The position numbers and the translations under genes were made by a program. From an uncultured bacterium (GTDB taxonomy: Bacteria; Lernaellota; Lernaellaia; Lernaellales; Lernaellaceae): a stretch of 20,415 nucleotides of DNA. Shown here one piece after another: positions 1 to 6,909 of the stretch. Positions within the stretch are counted from its first letter, which is position 1. Each line of letters opens with the position of its first letter. The stretch spans positions 1 through 20,415 of the forward strand of contig CAZHPN010000106.1 of NCBI GenBank assembly GCA_964534375.1, read 5' to 3'. The notes under the pieces are model-generated. The model was given only the letters and a program-made list of their open reading frames with translations, ran no database searches and had not been told where the DNA came from.

Positions 1-39
1 GGCCGAAGGCCGCCATTTGGTTGCGGCCCGAAGGGCCGC
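1..39. repeat. Two GAA-loop GC hairpins (REP-like) downstream of the pilT pair
   Basis: GGCC-GAA-GGCC at 1-11 (cut by the window edge) and GCGGCCC-GAA-GGGCCGC at 23-39. Confidence 0.45.
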
Positions 40-72
40 GCTAAGCCTCTGTGGTTCAGATCAAAGAATTCC

Positions 73-1179
73 TCAGCCGCGCGCCGTCGCGCCGTCGCGC
101 AGCGCCACATCGAGCGCGGTGCGGCCCAGCGCCTTTTCCAGATCGTCCGGCGTCGGCGTCTTGGCCAGCGCCTCTTCGGCGGTGATGATTTTCCGCTGAA
201 TCAACTCGAGCAGCGCACGGTTCATCGTCCGCATCGATTCGTCGGCCTTGGTCTGCATGATCGAGGCGATCATGTAGGTCTTCGACTCGCGGATCAGGTT
301 CTGCACCGCCGGCGTCGCCACGAGGATTTCGCAGGCCAGGGCCAGCCCGGCGCCGTTCGCGGTTTTGAGCAGCAATTGCGAGATCACGCCCACGAGGTTC
401 GCCGAAAGCTGGAGCCGCACCTGCCGCTGCTGGAACGACGGAAACACGTCGATGATGCGGTCGACCGTGCGCACGGCGTCGACCGTGTGCAGCGTCGAGA
501 GCACCAGGTGCCCGGTTTCCGCGGCCGTGATCGCCATTTGGATGGTCTCCAAATCGCGCATTTCGCCGATGACGATGACGTCCGGATCCTGGCGCAGCGA
601 CTGCCGCAGCGCCGCGGCGAAGGTCAGCGTGTCGCGGCCCACTTCGCGCTGGTTGATCAGCGCCTCGCGGCTCGGAATCTCGTATTCGATCGGGTCTTCG
701 ACGGTGATGACGTTGCAACTGTCGCGTTCGGCGCGGTACGCGACCATCGCCGCGATCGTCGTGGTTTTGCCGCAGCCGGCCGGCCCGGTCACGAGCACGA
801 GGCCGCGGTCCTTCATCGCGAAATCGCGGACGACGGGCGGCAGGCGCAGATCGGCGAGCGGCGGCAGCTCGCGCGGGATGAGCCGCAGCACGGCGGTGAT
901 GTGGCGCCGCTGCTGGAAAACGTTCAACCGCATTCGGCCGACGCCCTCGACGCCCACCGCCGCGTCCAATTCGAGCGTTTTGTGAAAATCGAGAAGCTGC
1001 CCGGTGGTCAGCACGGCGCGGAGAAATTGAAAAATTTCCGTCTCGGTCAGCGGCGGCGCCTGCAGGGCGTTCAGTTCGCCGTTCATGCGCAGCACGGGCG
1101 GCGAGTTCGTTTTCAAGATCACGTCGGAGGCTTTTTTCCCGAAGGCGAACGTCAGCAGTTTGTCCAGCGGCGTGCTCAT
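73..1179 (-). CDS. PilT/PilU-family type IV pilus retraction ATPase (second paralog), 368 aa
   Basis: True start is MSTPLDKLL (ATG at 1179, ATGA overlap with the upstream stop), not the 649-aa track ORF. Walker A GPAGCGKTTT, Asp box TVEDPIE, LRQDPDVIVIGEMRD, His box TGHLVLSTLHT, AVQNLIRE. Confidence 0.92.
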   Translation of the reverse strand: MSTPLDKLLTFAFGKKASDVILKTNSPPVLRMNGELNALQAPPLTETEIFQFLRAVLTTGQLLDFHKTLELDAAVGVEGVGRMRLNVFQQRRHITAVLRLIPRELPPLADLRLPPVVRDFAMKDRGLVLVTGPAGCGKTTTIAAMVAYRAERDSCNVITVEDPIEYEIPSREALINQREVGRDTLTFAAALRQSLRQDPDVIVIGEMRDLETIQMAITAAETGHLVLSTLHTVDAVRTVDRIIDVFPSFQQRQVRLQLSANLVGVISQLLLKTANGAGLALACEILVATPAVQNLIRESKTYMIASIMQTKADESMRTMNRALLELIQRKIITAEEALAKTPTPDDLEKALGRTALDVALRDGATARG

Positions 1180-2231
1180 TTGAAATTTCTCATCATATTT
1201 TCGAACTGCAGCGGGTCGGTCGCCTTGGTCGCCGCGTCGCCGTAGCGGATTTTTTTCGCGGCGAGCAGCTCCGCGAGGGCTTTGTCCATCAGTTTCATGC
1301 CGATCTGCCCGCCGGATTGCATCAGGCTCGGAATCTGCTGCGGCTTGCCCTCGCGAATCGCGTTCCGGATCGCCGCGGTGCAGAGCATGATTTCGACTGC
1401 CGGAATGCGGCCCACGCCCGAAGCCAGCGGCAACAGCGCCTGCGACACCACCGCCGACAGGCTCGAGGCGAGCTGCAGGCGGATTTGCTGCTGCTGTTCG
1501 GACGGGAAGACGTCGATGATCCGGTCGACCGTGTGGTACGCCGTCCGCGTGTGCATCGTCGCCAGCACCAGGCTGCCCATTTCCGCGGCCGTCAGCGCCA
1601 GCGCGATCGTCTCGCGGTCGCGCATTTCGCCGACCATGATGATGTCCGGGCTCTGCCGCATGATATGCCGGAGAGCGTCGGCGAACGAATGAGTGTCCAC
1701 CTCGACCTCGCGCTGTTCGATCAGCGAATACTGGTCGTCGAAGGTGAATTCGATCGGATCCTCGATCGTGATGATGTGCTTGCGCGTCTTGCTGTTGAGG
1801 TGCTCGATCATCGCCGCCAGCGTCGTCGACTTGCCGCTGCCGGTCGGACCGGTGATCAGGATGAAGCCGCGCGGCAGCATCGCCAGCCGTTTCATGATCG
1901 GCGGCAGGTTCAACGCCTCGATCGATTTGATCGAGATCGGGATCAACCGGAACACTGCGCCCAGCTTCTCTCGTTGGCGAAAGACGTTGACCCGGAACCG
2001 CGCCGCGCCGCACAACTCGCACGAGAGGTCGAGCTCCAGATGCGACGCGAAATGCCGCCGCTGCTCCTCGTTCATGATCGAGTCGATCATCGCCCGGCAG
2101 TTTTCCGCCGTCAGCGGCGGCGTCTCCAGGCGAAACAGCTTGCCGTCGACGCGCACCCGCGGCGCCTCGCCGGTTTGCACGTGCAGATCCGAACCCTGCC
2201 GTTTGACGAGTTCATCGAGCAAAACGGTCAA
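1176..2231 (-). CDS. pilT: Type IV pilus twitching-motility ATPase PilT (start may extend to ATT at 2276)
   Basis: SDLH, Walker A GPTGSGKSTT, TIEDPIE, EQREV, RQSPDIIMVGEMRD, ATMHT, and AIRNAIRE (PilT AIRNLIRE motif). Confidence 0.92.
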   Translation of the reverse strand: MTVLLDELVKRQGSDLHVQTGEAPRVRVDGKLFRLETPPLTAENCRAMIDSIMNEEQRRHFASHLELDLSCELCGAARFRVNVFRQREKLGAVFRLIPISIKSIEALNLPPIMKRLAMLPRGFILITGPTGSGKSTTLAAMIEHLNSKTRKHIITIEDPIEFTFDDQYSLIEQREVEVDTHSFADALRHIMRQSPDIIMVGEMRDRETIALALTAAEMGSLVLATMHTRTAYHTVDRIIDVFPSEQQQQIRLQLASSLSAVVSQALLPLASGVGRIPAVEIMLCTAAIRNAIREGKPQQIPSLMQSGGQIGMKLMDKALAELLAAKKIRYGDAATKATDPLQFENMMRNFK

Positions 2232-2595
2232 TTGCGGATGAGGCTGCGGTGCCTCGACCTTCGCGGCCGGTTGAATGGCTCTCTCCCCTTTTGAACTTCC
2301 GTTTTAATCCCCAACCCGCGTGGGAAACGTTAACTCGCCGGCCGGGCGAAAGCAAGCGGACGGGGGGGAACGTGGACTTCCGGCGGCGCCCGCCGCCGAC
2401 CACCGATCGCTGCGATCTCGAAGTTTCTGGGGTGCGCGAACCGGAATGTTGACCGGGCGAACGCATTGACGCCGCCGGCCGCGCGCGCGACACTGTTTTC
2501 GTATTCGAAGCAACTTTGATTTTGCGCCGGCGGAAAGCGCTCTGATGACCCGGCTGGTTTGCCAAGGGAACTCGGTCGATCGATAGAGGTGACCC

Positions 2596-3684
2596 ATGCG
2601 TGAGTTAATCGTTTTGTTGGCTATTTTGTTGGCGGCGGCGCTCCTCGCGTTCGGCGCGTGCGCTCCAAACCACAGTTCCGGCGACGATGACGACGCTTCG
2701 CCGGACGACGACGACAACGATGATTCGTCGCCGGCGCCCGACGACGACTCTTCGCCGGCCGACGACGATTCGACGCAATCGTCGTGGACGCCAATGACCA
2801 GCGGCTCGAGCGCGAACTTATACGGCGTTTGGGGCTCTGCGCCGACGGATTTGTTCGCGGTCGGGGCGGGCGGCGTCGTTTTGCACTACGATGGTTCGGC
2901 CTGGTCGCCGATGACCAGCGGCGTGACGACCGATCTCGCCGCTGTGTGGGGCGCCTCGGCGACGGATGTGTTTGCCGTCGGGATCGCGGGCATTTTGCAT
3001 TACGACGGTTCGGCGTGGTCGGCGCCGGGGAAAGGCGGGGCGCCCGACACCGGATTGGCGGCGGTTTACGGCACATCGGCCTCGGATGTTTTCGCCGTCG
3101 GCAATAACGGGCCGATCGAGATCGAGCATTACGACGGCGCCACCTGGACGCAGATGACCGGGACCTCGCAGAACGACCTGTTTGGCGTCTGGGCCGCATC
3201 GGGCTCGGACGCCTTCGCCGGCGGCGGTTTGGGCGCGGCGGACGTTTGCACGATCCTCCAGTACGACGGCGCGACGTGGACCGACATGAACGTTTCGTCG
3301 TACGCGACGGTGTCGGCGATCTGGGGCCTCTCGGCGTCCGACGTGCTCGCCGCCGGGTGTACCGGCGCCGCGGGCCCCTGCCTGGCTTCGGCGTTGGTCT
3401 ACGACGGCGCCTCGTGGGCGGAAACGCAATTGCCTGGCCCGGCCGGCTATCCGAATGGCATTTGGGGCAGTTCCACGAGCGACGTTTTCATCGTCGGTTC
3501 ATTCACCGATGTGAACTTCGCCTACCAAGGTTCGGTCGTCCACTACGACGGGGTCATGTGGTCGCTGACCGCCCTCGCCGGCCAGCCGTACCTGAATGCC
3601 GTCTGGGGAACAGGCCTGAACGACGTGTTCGCCGTCGGCGACAAGGGCGTGATTTTGCATTATGCAGGCCCGCCGGCGAAGTGA
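2596..3684 (+). CDS. Lipoprotein with Asp-rich linker and seven ~40-aa repeats (predicted 7-bladed beta-propeller)
   Basis: SD GAGGT; hydrophobic signal ending LAFGAC; DDDD/SP linker; 7 repeats of consensus L..VWG.S..DVFAVG..G.ILHYDG..W. Confidence 0.85.
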   Translation: MRELIVLLAILLAAALLAFGACAPNHSSGDDDDASPDDDDNDDSSPAPDDDSSPADDDSTQSSWTPMTSGSSANLYGVWGSAPTDLFAVGAGGVVLHYDGSAWSPMTSGVTTDLAAVWGASATDVFAVGIAGILHYDGSAWSAPGKGGAPDTGLAAVYGTSASDVFAVGNNGPIEIEHYDGATWTQMTGTSQNDLFGVWAASGSDAFAGGGLGAADVCTILQYDGATWTDMNVSSYATVSAIWGLSASDVLAAGCTGAAGPCLASALVYDGASWAETQLPGPAGYPNGIWGSSTSDVFIVGSFTDVNFAYQGSVVHYDGVMWSLTALAGQPYLNAVWGTGLNDVFAVGDKGVILHYAGPPAK

Positions 3685-3704
3685 CCGCGGCGCAGCGCAA
3701 ATAG

Positions 3705-3770
3705 GGAATGGTGAATGCGGAATGCGGGAGGTCTGGGACGTGTGGGACCGATGGGACCGACGGGACGTAG
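3705..3770 (+). repeat. Heptamer run (3x NGAATGS) followed by five 9-bp GGGA-N5 tandem repeats
   Basis: ggaatgg tgaatgc ggaatgc, then gggaggtct gggacgtgt gggaccgat gggaccgac gggacgtag. Confidence 0.8.
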
Positions 3771-3861
3771 TCTTTCGCGCCATTTGCAAAGATGATCGCC
3801 CGGCAATTCAGAGCCTGTTGATATTCTCCGACTGATCGATTTTTACGAACTCGTTCCCCGC

Positions 3862-3951
3862 ACAATGGAGAATGAAGAATGGCGAATGGCGAATTGCCGA
3901 CGCCGCCCGAATTTCGCCATTCGCCATTCAACATTCTACATTCCGATTTCC
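3862..3951. repeat. Inverted heptamer tandem array (imperfect long hairpin)
   Basis: acaatgg agaatga agaatgg cgaatgg cgaattg, 13-nt spacer, aatttcg ccattcg ccattca acattct acattcc gatttcc. Confidence 0.85.
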
Positions 3952-4077
3952 GCTCCTCAAAAACGTCAAGTTGGCGCTAATGGGGCGCCGACCCCTCGCG
4001 GAGCTTCCCCCGAGCGAAGTCGTGGGCACGGGGCAGGCCGCGCGCGGCGCGTGGCCGGCGGCGACGCTCCGCTCGTT

Positions 4078-4705
4078 CAGGGTAAACGCCGTACATTTAG
4101 GTCTGGTCGGACGGACGCCGCTCTGTGGCGGCAGATTTCCTTTTCCCCGATCTCGGCCGCTTGCGCCAACTGATCGACATCCTGGTCATCGGCGTCTGCT
4201 GCCTGGACTGCGGGGGCGCGGGATTCACGGACACGGAGACCTTCGGCCTGGCGCAGCGCCGGTGGCTCAGCACGGTTCTGGAACTTCCGAACGGCATTCC
4301 GTCGCACGACACGTATAACCGCGTTTTCGCCGCGATCGATCCGCGCGCCTTTATGGATTGTTTGTCAGCGCCTGGGCCGCCCAGAACCGACTGCCCTCGG
4401 CTAGGTCAAGGTGGACGACAAAAGCAACGAAATCAACGCCATCCCCGAGTTGCCGCGCGTCTTGGACTTGACCGGCTGCATCGTCACGATCGACAGACGG
4501 TGGACGCCGGCCACGGTCGCGTCGAAACCCGGCGCTGTTGGTGCACCTCGGATATCGCCTGATTCGTCGACCGCCGCCGCCGGAAGGGCTTGGCCAGCTT
4601 TGGCATGTCGGCAACCAAACTCAGCATCCGCAGCAAAAGGCTCATGGCCGGATGGGACGGCGACTACCTAAGAAAAGTGTTGGGTGCGTAGATGCGTTTG
4701 CCCTG
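4078..4705 (+). mobile_element. Internally deleted ISAs1-family insertion sequence (628 bp) retaining both terminal inverted repeats
   Basis: Left end CAGGGTAAACGC (4078-4089) and right end GCGTTTGCCCTG (4694-4705) match at 11/12 as inverted repeats and enclose ISAs1 transposase fragments. Confidence 0.85.
4165..4691 (+). pseudogene. Fragmented ISAs1 transposase
   Basis: Fragments in several frames: LIDILVI...LELPNGIPSHDTYNRVF, VSAWAAQNRL, LG*VKVDDKSNEINAIPEL...LTGCIVTID, TVDAGHGRVETRR, SIRSKRLMAGWDGDYLRKVLGA*. Frameshifts, an internal stop and large deletions. Confidence 0.9.
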
Positions 4706-4783
4706 CTCTGCAACCGGAGGGCCTGTCGTCGATTCGGCCGGCGACGTATCATGGCCGGGCGCTTCACAAAAGGATGACTGGAC

Positions 4784-5710
4784 ATGCCGCCAGAAGTCGC
4801 CGTCTTGCTCGTCGCTTACAACGGCGAGGCCGACCTGGAGACCGCGCTGGCGGCCGTTGCGGCGCAGGGCGCGCCCTGTGAGATTCACGTCTGGGACAAC
4901 GCCAGCCGCGATCGCACGTGTGAAATCGCGGCCCGCCACGCGGAGGTTGTGCTTCATCGCAGCGAAAGCAACGTCGGCTTCTGCGCCGCGAACAACCGCT
5001 TGCTCGCGTTGACGGATGCGCCGTATGTCCTGTTTCTCAACCCGGACGCCCGGCTGCTGCCCGGCTGCCTCGCCCGGCTGCTGGAAACGCTGGCGAGCGC
5101 GCCGGCCGACGTGGCCGGCGTCGCGCCCAAAATGCTCAAACCGGCGACGGCCGGCGAACCGCGGCGGATCGACTCGGCGGGCATCGTCCTCGCGCGCCGC
5201 CGCCTCGCGCCGCACGACCGGGGCGAGGGGGAAATTGACGGCGGCCAATACGACGCGCCGGGCGAAATCTTCGGCCCGAGTTTCGCGTGCGCGCTCTGGC
5301 GCCGCGAGGCGATCGCCGACGTTTCGCTGGCCGGCCAATTTCTCGACGAGGAGTTCTTCGCCTACTACGAAGACGTCGACGTGGCGTGGCGGGCTCGCCG
5401 CCTCGGCCGGCGCTTCCTGTACGAACCGCGCGCCGTTTGCGAACACCGCCGCAACCTGCCGGCGCGCGGCGGGCCGGCGCTGGCCGCTCGCGCGTTCGTC
5501 AATCGCTGGCTGCTGCTGCTCGCCAACGAGGACGGCGCCCGCGGCTGGACCTACTTGCTTTGCCTGGTCCCCCGTGAGACGGCGCGGCTGCTCTGGAAGA
5601 GCCTGACGGTTCGCGGATTCGCCGTCGCTTGGCGGATGGCGGCCGCGGGTTGGCGCGGGGCGTGGCGCAAGCGCCGCCAAATCGCCGCGCGGGTGAAAGC
5701 GAGACCATGA
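4784..5710 (+). CDS. Glycosyltransferase family 2 protein
   Basis: VLLVAYN, VWDNASRD, NVGFCAANN, VLFLNPD, FFAYYEDVDVAWR motifs; upstream AAGGA SD. Confidence 0.92.
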   Translation: MPPEVAVLLVAYNGEADLETALAAVAAQGAPCEIHVWDNASRDRTCEIAARHAEVVLHRSESNVGFCAANNRLLALTDAPYVLFLNPDARLLPGCLARLLETLASAPADVAGVAPKMLKPATAGEPRRIDSAGIVLARRRLAPHDRGEGEIDGGQYDAPGEIFGPSFACALWRREAIADVSLAGQFLDEEFFAYYEDVDVAWRARRLGRRFLYEPRAVCEHRRNLPARGGPALAARAFVNRWLLLLANEDGARGWTYLLCLVPRETARLLWKSLTVRGFAVAWRMAAAGWRGAWRKRRQIAARVKARP

Positions 5711-5711
5711 A

Positions 5712-6275
5712 TCAGAAGAAGTAGCGGGCCCCGGCCATCGCGCCGAAATAGAATTCGCCGTGGGGGTAAACCCAGCCGCCGGGCGAGGTTTCGAGGAACA
5801 CTTCCAGGCGGAACTTGCGGAACATGACCGTCGCGCCGCCCGTCGCCCGCGGGGCGAGCCCAAAAGTGTAATCCGTCTGCCGGTTTCGATTTTGTCGATG
5901 GGTTTCCCACGGGTCCCAGCGATCCGCGAGATCGAAGCCGGCGCCGACGTAGGGCCGGAACATCACCGTATCGTTGTTAATGACGTCGTGAAAATGGTAG
6001 AGGTAGTCGATGATGCCGCTGAAGCCGCCATAAATGAAATCCCACCCGGCGGTGACCGCGATGGCGTGATCCGGCGCGACGAACACCTTGCCGCTGACGC
6101 CGATCGGCACGCCCCCGACGAGGCCGAGGCCGAAAATATGCCCGGTATACGGGTCGCCGCCGGCCGCCGCCGCCGGCGCGCTCTTCGCGGGGGCTGCCTC
6201 CAACTCCAGCGGCCACGCCGGCGCCGCCGCCAGCAACACCAGAACGATTGCAATCGTCAACTTCGTGCGATTCAT
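5712..6275 (-). CDS. Secreted small outer-membrane beta-barrel protein (DUF3996-like)
   Basis: Signal peptide ending APAWP; FGLGLVGGVPIGVSGK; amphipathic strands; C-terminal GARYFF beta-signal. Confidence 0.75.
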   Translation of the reverse strand: MNRTKLTIAIVLVLLAAAPAWPLELEAAPAKSAPAAAAGGDPYTGHIFGLGLVGGVPIGVSGKVFVAPDHAIAVTAGWDFIYGGFSGIIDYLYHFHDVINNDTVMFRPYVGAGFDLADRWDPWETHRQNRNRQTDYTFGLAPRATGGATVMFRKFRLEVFLETSPGGWVYPHGEFYFGAMAGARYFF

Positions 6276-6281
6276 ACGAAC

Positions 6282-6309
6282 TATTTAAGTTTGCCCGCGG
6301 GATTGTCAA
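6282..6309 (-). promoter_or_regulatory. Putative sigma70 promoter placing the TSS at or near the ATG of the beta-barrel gene
   Basis: Perfect TTGACA (6309-6304), 16-nt spacer, TAAATA, then 6 nt to the ATG; no SD. Confidence 0.45.
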
Positions 6310-6375
6310 GCGACGCGCGAAATAACCGCCGGCCGCCCGCGTCGGCCGCGCTGTTGAATGTAGATATCATATTTA

Positions 6376-6846
6376 TTAGCGAGACGGGTCTTCGGCCGGC
6401 AATTCCGCGACGATCAGGCGGCACAATTCAGGCAGCGCCTGCTCGACCGCCGGCGTCAATTCCAGGCCCAGGTCCGTGCGCTCCGGCTCGACGCCGAAGA
6501 TGACGATCTCGGGCAGTTCCGCGAGCTGCAGTTCCCACAAGCGGACGGCGTCGAGCAAGTTCAACGAGTGCAGCGACAAGAGCGGCCGCGCCGGCGTGCG
6601 CAGTTCGCCCAGCGGGATGCGGTAAATCGTCCCCGGCGGCCCGCCGCCGCGCACCGCGTCGACGATCAGCACCCGCCGTTTGCCTTCGATGTCGGGCAGC
6701 GCATCTAGCGCGCTGACGCCGCCGTCGTGCGCCGCGACGAACTCCGGCAGGCCCATGCGCCGCAGCAGCGCGATCGCCCGCGGGCCGGCGCCGTCGTCGG
6801 TCATCAGGGGGCTGCCGAAACCCAGAATCAGGATTGTCGGTTCCAT
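6376..6846 (-). CDS. Hydrogenase maturation protease (HyaD/HybD family), 156 aa
   Basis: ILGFGSPLMTDDGAG, DGG, LIVDAV, SLH, GVEP motifs; follows the large subunit. Start chosen at MEPTIL because the longer ORF start lies inside the terminator stem. Confidence 0.92.
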   Translation of the reverse strand: MEPTILILGFGSPLMTDDGAGPRAIALLRRMGLPEFVAAHDGGVSALDALPDIEGKRRVLIVDAVRGGGPPGTIYRIPLGELRTPARPLLSLHSLNLLDAVRLWELQLAELPEIVIFGVEPERTDLGLELTPAVEQALPELCRLIVAELPAEDPSR

Positions 6847-6855
6847 GGCCCGCTC

Positions 6856-6891
6856 AAAAAGAAACGAGATGGGGCGCCGCCCCATCTCGTT
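6856..6891 (-). terminator. Intrinsic terminator between the hydrogenase large subunit and the protease
   Basis: Perfect 13-bp stem AACGAGATGGGGC/GCCCCATCTCGTT (6863-6891), 3-nt loop, running into TTTCTTTTT on the minus strand. Confidence 0.8.
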
Positions 6892-6909
6892 GGTCGGTGC
6901 AGCGAAAAA

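Noticed and set aside
1180..2022. N-terminal extension of the 649-aa ORF suggesting a fusion or frameshift
   Set aside because: Off-frame overlap with pilT; the real start is the ATG at 1179 in an ATGA overlap
2292..2595. c-di-GMP riboswitch or sigma54 promoter in the pilT/lipoprotein divergent region
   Set aside because: No convincing GEMM consensus or GG-N10-GC element recognised by eye
3705..3951. Repeats as a CRISPR array
   Set aside because: Units are 7-9 bp with no unique spacers, and there are no cas genes
4068..4715. Target-site duplication around ISAs1
   Set aside because: Flanks TCCGCTCGTT and CTCTGCAACC do not match
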